Shown here piece by piece: positions 50,767-60,704 of a DNA stretch of 64,000 nucleotides. Origin of the DNA: an uncultured Actinomycetota bacterium (GTDB lineage: Bacteria > Actinomycetota > Humimicrobiia > Humimicrobiales > Humimicrobiaceae); assembly GCA_964610385.1 (NCBI GenBank), contig CAZSXW010000002.1:256808-320807 (forward strand). The letters are read 5' to 3'. How positions within the stretch are numbered: the stretch's first letter is position 1; every line of letters begins with the position of its first letter. The notes beneath the pieces were generated by a model that had not been told where the DNA came from, did not search any database, and was given only the letters and a program-made list of their open reading frames with translations. The position numbers were made by a program, and so were the translations under genes.

Positions 50767-51357
50767 TTAAATCTCTTTAAGAGTCAGCTTTAAAATATCT
50801 TCAACTCTTTCCTTTTCGATTACCTCGGCGCTTAATTTCAACATTGCCTTATTTATCTCCCTGGAGCCGTATCCCAGAGTTTTTAAAGCCTGCTTGACTT
50901 CATATACTTTTTCATTTTCTGCCATACCGGCAAGAGTGACTCCTTCTATCTTTTCCTCTTTTATTTTATCGCGCAGCTCTAAAATCATCCTTTCCGCCAG
51001 CTTTCGGCCTATTCCTGGTATTCTTCTCATTAGATCGACTTCTTTGTTTGCTATTATTCTTTTCAGTTCACTGTTGCTGTAAATCGATAGAGCGCTCAAG
51101 GCTATTTTAATGGATATACCTGAAACTCCAAGCATTCTTAAGAAAAAATCCTTTTCATCCACATCGAGAAATCCTACCAATCTCAGCTCGTCTTCCCTGA
51201 CATGGGTATATACCTCAAGTTCTATTTCCGAATTCTCCTCCGGTATCTTTCCAAAAGTCCTGCTGGATATCAATACTTCGAAACCTATGCCTCCGGTCTG
51301 CACTATAATACTTGAAGGCGATTTCTTAATTATTTTACCGGATATTTTTGCTATCAT
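50767..51357 (-). CDS. ruvA: Holliday junction DNA helicase RuvA
   Basis: 196 aa. [10 protein letters not shown]-terminus. HhH motifs IPGIGRK. Confidence 0.9.
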   Translation of the reverse strand: MIAKISGKIIKKSPSSIIVQTGGIGFEVLISSRTFGKIPEENSEIELEVYTHVREDELRLVGFLDVDEKDFFLRMLGVSGISIKIALSALSIYSNSELKRIIANKEVDLMRRIPGIGRKLAERMILELRDKIKEEKIEGVTLAGMAENEKVYEVKQALKTLGYGSREINKAMLKLSAEVIEKERVEDILKLTLKEI

Positions 51358-51365
51358 AACTACCT

Positions 51366-51884
51366 TTATCTTCTAAAAGCTTTAATTTTATCTTTAAACT
51401 TTTTACAATTGGCATGACATAAAGATACTGCCATTGCATCCCATGCATCATCCTTTTTAGGAAAGAACTCTTCCTCGACCTTGAGTATTGACCTCAGCAT
51501 ATATTTTATTTGCTTCTTGGTCGCTTTTCCATAACCCACCACAGCCTGCTTTACCTCGAGAGGAGTATATTCAAATATTTCGAGGTTATTGACACTACCG
51601 GCCAGAATAGACACCCCTCTTGCCTGGCCCACGTCAAGAGCTGTTTTTGCATTCATACCAAAAAAGATTTCTTCTATAGCCAGACAGTCGGGGTTGAATT
51701 TTTTGATTATCTGATCAACCTTTTTATAGATGTCTTCCAGCCTTTTATAGACGGGTTCCGTCTTTCTGGTTACAACACAACCGGAAAAAACAGGACGATA
51801 TTCCCCTTTTTCAACATCCAATATGCTCACACCTGTAGTTTCAAGTCCGGGATCTATGCCCAATATTCTTATTTTATCAATCAT
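51366..51884 (-). CDS. ruvC: crossover junction endodeoxyribonuclease RuvC
   Basis: 172 aa. ILGIDPGLETTG N-terminus and catalytic acidic residues. Confidence 0.9.
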   Translation of the reverse strand: MIDKIRILGIDPGLETTGVSILDVEKGEYRPVFSGCVVTRKTEPVYKRLEDIYKKVDQIIKKFNPDCLAIEEIFFGMNAKTALDVGQARGVSILAGSVNNLEIFEYTPLEVKQAVVGYGKATKKQIKYMLRSILKVEEEFFPKKDDAWDAMAVSLCHANCKKFKDKIKAFRR

Positions 51885-51895
51885 TATTTTAATCT

Positions 51896-52645
51896 TTATA
51901 CTTCACTCAATATTTCATCAGATATCTCAAGATTTGAGTTTACATTCTGTACATCATCATGTTCATCCAGGGCATTTATAAGTTTTAAAGCCTTTACACC
52001 GTCTTCCTTTGATAACTTGACAGTAGTCTTTGGTATGAGACCGATTTCACCTGATTTTATCTTTATACCCTTTTTCTCTATATCCTGCTTTATCTTCATG
52101 AAATTATCAGGAGAGACTTTTATCTCATATACCTCTTCATCTTCATCAATATCCTCGGCACCGGAATCGATCATATCAAGCATAAATTCCTCTCCGTTCT
52201 TTACCTCGCTTTTATCCACCACTATTATGCCTTTTGTTTCAAACTGCCAGTTTACACTTCCACTCTCACCGAGAGTCCCATTATACCTGTTTAAAATATT
52301 TCTGATATCAGAAGTGCTCCTGTTCCTGTTTTCAGTCATGACCTCTACGATTATAGCTATTCCTCCAGGTCCATAGCCCTCATAAAGAATGCTTTCATAG
52401 TTTTCTCCTTCTATCTCTCCCGTGCCTCTTTTTATAGCTCTCTCTATGTTGCTCTGGGGCATATTAAATTCCTTTGCCTTTGCAATGGCATTGGCGAGGG
52501 TTATGTTGTCTTTTGGGTCGCTCCCTCCTCCTTCTCTTACAGCCACGATGATATTCCTGCTGAGTTTCCCAAAAATATTTCCTCTTTTCGCGTCTTCTTT
52601 TGCTTTTTTATGTTTGATGGAATGCCATTTAGAATGCCCGGACAT
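51896..52645 (-). CDS. yebC: YebC/PmpR family DNA-binding transcriptional regulator
   Basis: 249 aa. MSGHSKWHSIKHKKA N-terminus. Confidence 0.9.
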   Translation of the reverse strand: MSGHSKWHSIKHKKAKEDAKRGNIFGKLSRNIIVAVREGGGSDPKDNITLANAIAKAKEFNMPQSNIERAIKRGTGEIEGENYESILYEGYGPGGIAIIVEVMTENRNRSTSDIRNILNRYNGTLGESGSVNWQFETKGIIVVDKSEVKNGEEFMLDMIDSGAEDIDEDEEVYEIKVSPDNFMKIKQDIEKKGIKIKSGEIGLIPKTTVKLSKEDGVKALKLINALDEHDDVQNVNSNLEISDEILSEV

Positions 52646-52646
52646 A

Positions 52647-53255
52647 CTAGTTCTCTCCTTTATTATTTTTAATCATATTTATAAAATATCTGTGTATTCT
52701 TAAATCATCCGTTAATTCGGGATGGAATGTACTTGCTATGACGTTGTTTTCTCTTATCAAAACCGCCTCCTGCCCAAATCTACCCAGCACTTCCACTTTA
52801 TCTCCTATATTTAATATCTTGGGAGCTCTTATAAAAATAGAATTAAATTTCCTTCCGTTCTGACTCCCATCAAGGTTTATATTCAGAAGCTTTTCAAAAC
52901 TGTCGACCTGTCTTCCATAAGCGTTTCTCTCCACATCAACATCTATATAACCCAGGCCCTTACCTTCTCCCTTGATATTCTTAGCCATCAGGATCAGGCC
53001 GGCGCAGGTCACAAATATTGGTTTGCCATCTTTATAAAATTTATCCAGTTTGCTTCCGAATTTATATTTTTTAAGCAGTCTTCTTATGGTTGTACTCTCG
53101 CCCCCTGGTATTATAAGGGCATCAATATCATCCAGCTGATCTGGAAACTTTATCTCTATTGCAGAGACTCTACATTTTTCCAGACATTTGATATGCTCCC
53201 GGAATGCACCCTGTAAAGCAAGTACACCTATTATGACACCCATATCTTTTACCAC
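52647..53255 (-). CDS. pdxT: pyridoxal 5'-phosphate synthase glutaminase subunit PdxT
   Basis: 202 aa. [15 protein letters not shown]-terminus. Catalytic Cys in FVTCAG. HPE at the C-terminal region. Confidence 0.9.
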   Translation of the reverse strand: MVKDMGVIIGVLALQGAFREHIKCLEKCRVSAIEIKFPDQLDDIDALIIPGGESTTIRRLLKKYKFGSKLDKFYKDGKPIFVTCAGLILMAKNIKGEGKGLGYIDVDVERNAYGRQVDSFEKLLNINLDGSQNGRKFNSIFIRAPKILNIGDKVEVLGRFGQEAVLIRENNVIASTFHPELTDDLRIHRYFINMIKNNKGEN

Positions 53256-54130
53256 CCTCTTTTAGAAATTATTTTCTCCTCGGTAAGTTCAGAGACTGCA
53301 GTACCTTTCATAGGACTTCCAAGGTCTCTTGAAACCCTTGCCAGGATCTCAGGATCATTGTAATGGGTGGTCGCTTCCACAATAGCCTTGGCCATCTTTA
53401 AAGGATTTTTCGATTTAAAGATCCCGGACCCTACGAATATACCGTCTGCTCCCAGCTGCATTATCATAGCCGCGTCAGCAGGAGTCGATATACCACCGGC
53501 TGAAAAATTGACCACAGGCAATTTTTTATTCTCATGTACATACAAAACCAGGTCGTAAGGAGCACCCAGTTCTTTAGCCACAGTCATAAGCTCTTCCTTT
53601 GGAAGCGAAGAGATTCTGGCAATATCATCCTTTATGCATCTCATATGCTTTACAGCTTCTATCACATCTCCTGTACCTGCTTCTCCTTTGGTCCTTATCA
53701 TTGCGGCACCTTCACCGATTCTCCTTAAAGCCTCCCCAAGATTAACGGCACCGCATACAAAGGGGACCTTGAAATCCCATTTATTTATATGGTACTTTTC
53801 ATCTGCCGGAGTAAGCACCTCACTTTCATCTATATAGTCCACGCCTATGGCCTCGAGTATCTGCGCTTCGGCAAAATGGCCTATCCTCGCCTTGGCCATA
53901 ACCGGTATGGAAACTTCTTCCATTATTTTTAATATGATCTCGGGATCGGTCATCCTGGCCACGCCTCCTGCCGCCCTTATATCGGCAGGTATTCTCTCAA
54001 GTGCCATAACCGAAACTGCTCCGGCTGTCTCAGCTATCTTGGCCTGTTGTGGTGAAGTAACATCCATTATTACCCCACCTTTCAGCATCTGAGCAAGTCC
54101 TGATTTTACCTTAAATGTTCCTTTTTCCAT
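53249..54130 (-). CDS. pdxS: pyridoxal 5'-phosphate synthase lyase subunit PdxS
   Basis: 293 aa. Highly conserved GGVIMDV and ARIGHF segments. Confidence 0.95.
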   Translation of the reverse strand: MEKGTFKVKSGLAQMLKGGVIMDVTSPQQAKIAETAGAVSVMALERIPADIRAAGGVARMTDPEIILKIMEEVSIPVMAKARIGHFAEAQILEAIGVDYIDESEVLTPADEKYHINKWDFKVPFVCGAVNLGEALRRIGEGAAMIRTKGEAGTGDVIEAVKHMRCIKDDIARISSLPKEELMTVAKELGAPYDLVLYVHENKKLPVVNFSAGGISTPADAAMIMQLGADGIFVGSGIFKSKNPLKMAKAIVEATTHYNDPEILARVSRDLGSPMKGTAVSELTEEKIISKRGW

Positions 54131-54148
54131 ATATTAAAACACCTCCAT

Positions 54149-55093
54149 TTATTTTACTCCTACTCCCAGCGACATACTCTCAAGCCTTCTTATCCTCTCT
54201 TCAGTCGGAGGGTGAGTGTTAAACAGACTTTTAAAAGCAATCTTCGATTTGCTGCCTATCGGATTGGCAATAAACAAATGTGCTGTAGCACTGCTGGCAG
54301 TCCGTACTTCACTATGCCCGCTTATTTTTCTAAGGGCATTTGCCAGTCCTGCCGGATATCTGGAAATCAAAGCTCCGGTGGAATCTGCCAGGTATTCCCT
54401 ATTTCTGCTTATCGCAAGTCTTATCAATGTGGCTATCAGTGGAGAAAGTAATATCAGCAGTATTCCCACTACAAGCAGGACTATAGATAATAACGAACCG
54501 CCGGAACCTCTGGATGACCTTCTCCTTCCAGCACCACCAAATATCATAGATCTAAACATAATATTACTTAAAATAGAGAGCATTCCCACCAGAACCACTA
54601 TTACCGTTCCCAGCAGTATATCATAATTTTTTATATGGGAAAGCTCGTGTGATATGACACCTTTCAGCTCTTCATCGTTTAGATTATCGAGGAGGCCCTG
54701 AGTAAATACAATTATACTGTTCTTCGGATTTCTTCCGGTTGCAAAGGCATTCATTCCGCTGTCCCTTATCACATAAATCCCGGGCATAGGCAGACCAGCC
54801 GCTATGGCAAGCCCCTCGACTGCATAGTACACCCTGGGATTCTCTGACCTCGACAGGGGCATTGCTCTTGTAAGGCTTAACACAATCCTATCACTATAAT
54901 AATAACTGGAAAAACACATAATAACCGCCAGGATAAGGGCTATTACCATTATAAGTATGGAATAATTGTTGCTTACGCCAAAACGCCAGTCTATATAATA
55001 GCCTATGGCAAGCCCAACCAGCATTATAAATGCTACAAACCCGACCATTACAGCTATTGTCTTTGCCCTGTTCCGGGCAATATTTTCATACAT
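54149..55093 (-). CDS. htpX: M48-family zinc metalloprotease HtpX homolog
   Basis: 314 aa. HELSHIKNYD zinc motif. 4 TM helices. Adjacent lemA. Confidence 0.8.
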   Translation of the reverse strand: MYENIARNRAKTIAVMVGFVAFIMLVGLAIGYYIDWRFGVSNNYSILIMVIALILAVIMCFSSYYYSDRIVLSLTRAMPLSRSENPRVYYAVEGLAIAAGLPMPGIYVIRDSGMNAFATGRNPKNSIIVFTQGLLDNLNDEELKGVISHELSHIKNYDILLGTVIVVLVGMLSILSNIMFRSMIFGGAGRRRSSRGSGGSLLSIVLLVVGILLILLSPLIATLIRLAISRNREYLADSTGALISRYPAGLANALRKISGHSEVRTASSATAHLFIANPIGSKSKIAFKSLFNTHPPTEERIRRLESMSLGVGVK

Positions 55094-55130
55094 TAATAAA
55101 CAACACCTTTTTATTAATATATCTTATACT

Positions 55131-55700
55131 TTAAAACTTTACCTTGACCGGACCTCTTGCCGAAGCTTCTTCAATCTCAAAATAATCCCTCGGGGAAAAA
55201 TGGAACATCCTGGCAAACATATTTCCGGGGAACGTCTGTATCCTGGTGTTGAATCTTAATACCATGTCATTGTAAAACTGCCTTGCAAAAGCGATATTGC
55301 TCTCAATCCCGTTAAGTTGGTCCATAAGTTTTGAGAAATGCTGATCCGCCTTCAGGTTAGGGTAATTCTCTGAAACGGCAAACAATGACTTCAATGCGCC
55401 CGTTATCATATTTTCAGCTTCTGCCTGGGATTTTACATCCTTGGCATCAACACCCAGCTTTCTAGCATTGATGACATTTTGAAGGGTCTCCCTTTCATGC
55501 TTGGCATAGCCCTTCACAGTCTCCACAAGATTTGGTATCAGGTCATACCTCTTTCTCAGCTGTACATCGATCTGGTGCCAGGAATTATCTACCGTATTTC
55601 TGAGCGACACCATCGAATTATAGATACCTATCACCGCTATGATCAGTATTAATACTATCCCCCCCAGCACTGCCAGGAGAGCTATAACACCTGGTAACAT
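55131..55700 (-). CDS. lemA: LemA family protein
   Basis: 189 aa. N-terminal TM then ...NSMVSLRNTVDNSWHQIDVQLRKRYDLIPNLVETVKGY, a typical LemA core. Confidence 0.8.
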   Translation of the reverse strand: MLPGVIALLAVLGGIVLILIIAVIGIYNSMVSLRNTVDNSWHQIDVQLRKRYDLIPNLVETVKGYAKHERETLQNVINARKLGVDAKDVKSQAEAENMITGALKSLFAVSENYPNLKADQHFSKLMDQLNGIESNIAFARQFYNDMVLRFNTRIQTFPGNMFARMFHFSPRDYFEIEEASARGPVKVKF

Positions 55701-55953
55701 AACTACCTCCTAATTAGTTTTTTATAAGTTAATCAATCCCGAAACAACATATTTTACATTTTATCCGGTCAAAAATAAACAACTTAAAATTATATCACAT
55801 AACCGATTTTTATTTTATTTTCAGACTATGATTCAAACTGCTGAGACAGCTAATATTGTTTTTACACGAAAAAAGTTTTATGGTATATTTCTTCTATTGT
55901 CTTGACAGCTATTAAAACTATTAAACAAATCTTACACTTTTGGGAGGATCTTA

Positions 55954-58020
55954 ATGAATAGAAAAGTCATCGGCCTGGTCTCTGGCAACAGTGTTGGAAA
56001 AACCTCACTGGCGGAATGCTTTTTATATAATTCTAATACTACCGATAGGCTCGGCACTATTGAATCAAAAAATACAGTCTCCGATTTTACTCCGCTTGAG
56101 ACTAAAAAAGGATTCAGCATCAATTCCAGTATACTTAATTACAAATGGAAGGATTTTGAAATAAATCTTATCGACTGCCCGGGTTATATGGATTTTATGG
56201 GCCAGACTCAGACCGCCCTTAAAGTTATAGACAGCGTGCTCCTTGTCATAGATGCAAAGTCAGGAGTACAGGCACCTACTGAAATGGTAATAGAGCTTCT
56301 TAAAAGCAATCCCAAGCCAGTCTTCTGCATACTCAATAAACTGGATCTGGAAAACATAGATTATTTCAAACTTGTAGAGAGTATAAAAAAAGAATATGGA
56401 TTAAACCTTGTCCCCATAACTGTCCCTGCTAACAGCGGAGAGGGTTTTTCTAAAATCATAGACATTCTGCAGAATCAGGCATATGAGTATAAAGACAAAA
56501 ACTTCAAGGGAAATAAAGCCAATGTCGATGAAAACATTAAAGATCAGATTGAAAGTCATCACAGCGAACTGGTGGAATCTATCGTGGAGACAGACGACGA
56601 ACTGTTAAGTAAATATCTTGATGGGGAAAAGATAGACGATAAGAAGATCAATGACATTTTTAAAAAAGCAGTAGTAGCAAAGCAGGTAGTACCGACATTT
56701 GCGATATCATCGGGCAGGAATTTTGGAGTAGATATACTAATGGACTACATAAATGCACTTCTACCGTCAGCCCTTGATATTCCACCGGTCAAGACCAGAG
56801 AGATAGGAAAGGAATCCGAAGCTGAAATAAAACCTGCACCTGACGGTCCTGTCCTGGCATATGTTTTCAAAACTATGGCGGACCCGTATATCGGGAAGCT
56901 ATCCATTTTCAGAATCTTTTCCGGAACATTCAAGGTCAATTCCAGCTACTATCTTTCAAGCTCGCAGAAGACTTATAAATTTTCCAACCTTTTCAAACTA
57001 CAGGGAAAAAATCAGAGTGATATCAGTGAAGCTACCTGCGGAGATATTTTAGCGGTATCAAAAATAATGGATATATCAAATGATGATACTATTTCAACCC
57101 AGGAAAAGCCACTTCAAATACCCCCAGTCCAGTATTTCTCCCCCACTATGCCCAAAGCAGTCACACCAAAGAGTAAGGGAGATGAAGAAAAGATAAGCAA
57201 CGGTATAGCCAAATTGATGCAGGAAGATCCAACCATCAGGCAGGAACTAAATCTTGAAGTACATCAAAACATAGTATGGGGTATGGGAGAGCTTCACCAT
57301 TCCATCATAAAAGAAAAACTAAAGGAAAAATTTGACGTTGGCGTTGATATGAAGACACCTGATGTAGCATATAAAGAAACCATAAGAAAAGATGCCAAAG
57401 CCGAATATAAATATAAGAAGCAATCCGGCGGCAGGGGCCAGTACGGCCATGTATTCCTTGAGATAAAGCCAATGGAAAGCGGCGGAGGTTTTGAATTCAA
57501 AAACAGCATCTTCGGAGGGGCTATTCCCAAAGGTTATATACCGGGAGTCGAGAAAGGAGTGAAGGAAGCTCTTCAAAAGGGAGTAATGGCAGAATATCCG
57601 GTAGTGGACGTAAGCGTAAATCTTTATGATGGCTCGTTTCACAGTGTTGATTCATCAGAAATGGCCTTTAAGATAGCAGGGTCAATGGCCTTTAAAAAAG
57701 CAATGCATGAAGCCTCACCGGTGATCCTTGAACCTATTATGGAACTGGAAATAACAGTACCCGAAAAGTATATGGGAGATATAATCGGAGATATAAACGC
57801 AAAAAGAGGAAAGATAATCTCAATGACTCCCACTGATAATAAAAAACAGATTATAAAAGCTTCTGTTCCTCAATCCGAGACATTTAATTACACCATTGAC
57901 CTTACATCCCTCACCCAGGGCAGAGGGCGGTTTACCCAGAAATTCCTGGCCTATGAAGAATTGCCCCCTAATCTAGCCCAGAAAGTCATTGAGGAAAGGA
58001 AAAGTAAGAAGGATGAATAA
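55954..58020 (+). CDS. elongation factor G paralog with degenerate GTPase centre
   Basis: 688 aa and collinear with EF-G across all five domains, including the domain IV loop QSGGRGQYGHV. G1 reads SGNSVGKTS instead of AHIDAGKTT. G3 reads DCPGYMDF instead of DTPGHVDF, so the catalytic His is Tyr. G4 NKLD is intact. Good SD GGGAGG 7 nt upstream. Confidence 0.8.
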   Translation: MNRKVIGLVSGNSVGKTSLAECFLYNSNTTDRLGTIESKNTVSDFTPLETKKGFSINSSILNYKWKDFEINLIDCPGYMDFMGQTQTALKVIDSVLLVIDAKSGVQAPTEMVIELLKSNPKPVFCILNKLDLENIDYFKLVESIKKEYGLNLVPITVPANSGEGFSKIIDILQNQAYEYKDKNFKGNKANVDENIKDQIESHHSELVESIVETDDELLSKYLDGEKIDDKKINDIFKKAVVAKQVVPTFAISSGRNFGVDILMDYINALLPSALDIPPVKTREIGKESEAEIKPAPDGPVLAYVFKTMADPYIGKLSIFRIFSGTFKVNSSYYLSSSQKTYKFSNLFKLQGKNQSDISEATCGDILAVSKIMDISNDDTISTQEKPLQIPPVQYFSPTMPKAVTPKSKGDEEKISNGIAKLMQEDPTIRQELNLEVHQNIVWGMGELHHSIIKEKLKEKFDVGVDMKTPDVAYKETIRKDAKAEYKYKKQSGGRGQYGHVFLEIKPMESGGGFEFKNSIFGGAIPKGYIPGVEKGVKEALQKGVMAEYPVVDVSVNLYDGSFHSVDSSEMAFKIAGSMAFKKAMHEASPVILEPIMELEITVPEKYMGDIIGDINAKRGKIISMTPTDNKKQIIKASVPQSETFNYTIDLTSLTQGRGRFTQKFLAYEELPPNLAQKVIEERKSKKDE

Positions 58021-59260
58021 AAAAGTCCCTAAAAGAAGTAAATTCATACTGGATAAATTCCCCTATATCCTCTTTGGAACAATCTTTGTTATATCCATAA
58101 TAATATTTCTTTCAGTCAGAAGCTGCCTGCCTCTTCCATTCTTTTCGGGAGTCACCAAAGAGACTGAGCAAGAGACCGAATATACCCTGTATATATCTTC
58201 ACCAATAAATAATAAGACCTTTAGTTTTGTCAACCAGAATGAAACCGTTCCAATAGAAATAAATGCAAAAGAGGTGGAAAGTACAGGTCACATAATAAAG
58301 GTGCTGGTGAACGATAACGAGATAAAAAAATTTACCATACCCCCTTACGAATACAACTGGAATCCGGAAGGCTCGGGAGAATATGAACTAGTAGCTCAAC
58401 TTATAGATGATAATGGCAACATACTTAAAGAATCGAATACAGTGAATTTCACTGTACAGTATGAATTCGAATCTACGGAAGAAACCAATATAGATGTCAA
58501 TATCGAAGAAAAAGTAAATAGAATCCTGGGCCAGTCTAATTTTATAAGGAATCTCAATAATACTATACCTACCGGGACTCCTTTAATATGTTATAAATGT
58601 TACACTCCCCCTGTCATAGACGGTATCCTTCAGGAGTGGGGTAAGTTTTATAGTTTTTCAGATTTTTATCCCACAATCATGAAAGAGAGTTACAACGGAC
58701 CAGGAGATATCTCCGGTACATTTTACTCCTGCTGGGATGACGATAATTTTTACTTTGCAATTAGTGTATCGGATGATTTAATCAGCCAGAATTATCAAGG
58801 AAATGAATTATTTAAAGGTGACAGTATTGCCATAGCATTCGATACAGAACTTGTAGAAGATATGTATACAACAATCTATACCAGTGACGATTATTTGATT
58901 TATTTTTCACCCGGTAATTTTTCCAGTTCATCTCCTGAATCATATATAGGCTATCCTTCGTTATTTCCTACAGATATTATAGTAAGATCTTCCAAGCCGA
59001 CACCAAACACATATTTACTGGAAGCAAGTATTCCCTGGGATAAATTTATGAACTATACGCCTGCTGATGAAGATGTACTCGGTTTTACTGTTTCTATATT
59101 TGATACTGATAATTTTCCAACAACAGGACCTACGACAGAATTAGTCATCTCTTCCTCTAAGGAATTCGACAAGAACGATACTTCCATATTGGGTATCCTC
59201 ATACTTCTAGATGCTGGTGATATACAGAGTGAAGAAGATACAGAAGAAAGCTCTGACTAA
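58013..59260 (+). CDS. membrane-anchored extracytoplasmic protein with Ig-like and CBM9/DOMON-like domains
   Basis: N-terminal signal anchor. Beta-rich Ig-like segment. C-terminal region (PVIDGILQEW...WDDDNFYFAISVSDD...GDSIAIAFDTE) resembles a family-9 carbohydrate-binding module-like domain. The start ATGAATAA overlaps the EF-G-paralog stop by 8 nt. Confidence 0.55.
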   Translation: MNKKVPKRSKFILDKFPYILFGTIFVISIIIFLSVRSCLPLPFFSGVTKETEQETEYTLYISSPINNKTFSFVNQNETVPIEINAKEVESTGHIIKVLVNDNEIKKFTIPPYEYNWNPEGSGEYELVAQLIDDNGNILKESNTVNFTVQYEFESTEETNIDVNIEEKVNRILGQSNFIRNLNNTIPTGTPLICYKCYTPPVIDGILQEWGKFYSFSDFYPTIMKESYNGPGDISGTFYSCWDDDNFYFAISVSDDLISQNYQGNELFKGDSIAIAFDTELVEDMYTTIYTSDDYLIYFSPGNFSSSSPESYIGYPSLFPTDIIVRSSKPTPNTYLLEASIPWDKFMNYTPADEDVLGFTVSIFDTDNFPTTGPTTELVISSSKEFDKNDTSILGILILLDAGDIQSEEDTEESSD

Positions 59261-59280
59261 TATAGTTCCTTGATGCAATT

Positions 59281-60132
59281 TTAATTATTTTTATTCCCTT
59301 CGATAACCGTAATTGTATGCTCTATCAGACTAATATCTCCTGGATCTCCATGACCCGGTACTACTATTTCAGCATTTTTATATTTTTCCATCACTTTTTC
59401 AAGCGATAACGGCCACTCCTCAATATTTCCATCTTTAGCATAACCGACTTTTTCAGCGTCTGATGATAAAACCATACAACCACCAAAAAGTACCTTTTTA
59501 CTTGGTATATAGACGACCAGATTATCATAAGTATGGGTTGGTCCAGGATAATATATTTCAACAGTTTCTTTGCCAAAATTTAATATTTGTTCATCGTTTA
59601 TGTCAAAAACATGTGTAGGTTCGGCAAACTCAAAACTTGCATATTTATCAAGATACTTCTTGTCTTCTAAAGGATCGAGCCATTCTTGCATTTCTGACAT
59701 CGTTTCTTTACTTCTTGTCCTTAAAAGTTCACATGTCAATTGAGAACCGTATACTGGAATGTCATTCCTTATCAATTCTGAATTGCCGCCCAAATTATCG
59801 ATATGGAAACCCGTATTTATTTCTGTTATCTTCACTCCAGTCCCATATGCATCATAAAGCCAATCGAGTACACATGCAGTAGCTTCAGGAGTATATGGGG
59901 TGTCGATCCAGACAAAATCTGAATTATCCATCCTTATCAACAAAGAATTACCAGGCCAGGGGTAACTATGAGTAACCAGGAATATGTCTTTAGATATTTC
60001 CCGAAGACATAACTCATCTGTTAGATTTATTTCTATTAAGTCATTGCTTGCAGCTTTGCATGAAAACATTATGAGAAAGAAAAATAGCATAAGTATTATC
60101 AGATAGATTATAGGCTTTTTATTCCTTCTCAT
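59281..60132 (-). CDS. subclass B1/B2-like metallo-beta-lactamase homolog (lipoprotein)
   Basis: 283 aa. Aligns block-by-block with B. cereus BcII: TGFHIDNLGG vs THAHADRIGG, PTHTYDNLVVY vs GHTEDNIVVW, LFGGCMV vs LVGGCLV, VVPGHGDPGD vs VVPGHGEVGD. Lipobox-like LMFSC signal. Position 116 is Gly. Confidence 0.7.
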   Translation of the reverse strand: MRRNKKPIIYLIILMLFFFLIMFSCKAASNDLIEINLTDELCLREISKDIFLVTHSYPWPGNSLLIRMDNSDFVWIDTPYTPEATACVLDWLYDAYGTGVKITEINTGFHIDNLGGNSELIRNDIPVYGSQLTCELLRTRSKETMSEMQEWLDPLEDKKYLDKYASFEFAEPTHVFDINDEQILNFGKETVEIYYPGPTHTYDNLVVYIPSKKVLFGGCMVLSSDAEKVGYAKDGNIEEWPLSLEKVMEKYKNAEIVVPGHGDPGDISLIEHTITVIEGNKNN

Positions 60133-60281
60133 AATTAATCAATATTTTAGCATATAGAATATTCCAAAGTAAAAAAATATAAAGATATCTCAAGAAATAT
60201 ACACTATTTAAACAGCTTATTCTTACTTTGAAATAGCCAGATTAATAACATATAATCTTCTTAAAAACAAAATATTAGTTA

Positions 60282-60512
60282 TTGCAGGTGGAAATGAAAA
60301 AAACATTATTATGGGTACTTGTTTCAATAATTATCGTATCGATGGTAGTAATTTTTAGCTTGAGTGGTTGTAATAATATAAAAGGTAAGATCTCATTTAC
60401 ATCTGAACGGGATGGAAACAAGGAAATCTATATAATGAATGTAGATGGGTCCGGGCAGACAAACCTTACAAATAATCCGTTAGTAGACGGATTACCTTGC
60501 TTTTCACCTTAA
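60282..60512 (+). CDS. short TolB-like (single PD40 repeat) lipoprotein ORF, possibly a truncated remnant
   Basis: 76 aa. Signal peptide with LSGC lipobox. One PD40-like repeat (DGNKEIYIMNVDGSGQTNLTNNP). The ORF stops exactly where the conserved SPDG motif would continue (..CFSP-stop). Confidence 0.4.
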   Translation: MQVEMKKTLLWVLVSIIIVSMVVIFSLSGCNNIKGKISFTSERDGNKEIYIMNVDGSGQTNLTNNPLVDGLPCFSP

Positions 60513-60623
60513 GATGTTAAAGCACGTTTTAATAAAAATTTCTTAAAAATAATTCTTGTACTAAATAGAAAAAATAAATTAGTGTAAGAACTGTAAGAAT
60601 AACTTAATAAATATACCCTATTT

Positions 60624-60671
60624 AACCGGCTTACATGAGAAAAAATAGTTTGAGTTAGCCTGTAAGCCGGG
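60624..60671. repeat. imperfect inverted repeat AACCGGCTTACA-N25-TGTAAGCCGGG upstream of the recombinase gene
   Basis: Arms at 60624-60635 and 60661-60671, read directly. GC-rich compared with the flanks. Confidence 0.4.
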
Positions 60672-60704
60672 AACCATTCTGAACAGGATATAATTTCTTA
60701 GTTT

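Noticed and set aside
55902-55953. TTGACA hexamer 47 nt upstream of the EF-G paralog
   Set aside because: Perfect -35 but no acceptable -10 at 16-18 nt spacing (best is ACAAAT). Only the SD GGGAGG is convincing, so no promoter called.
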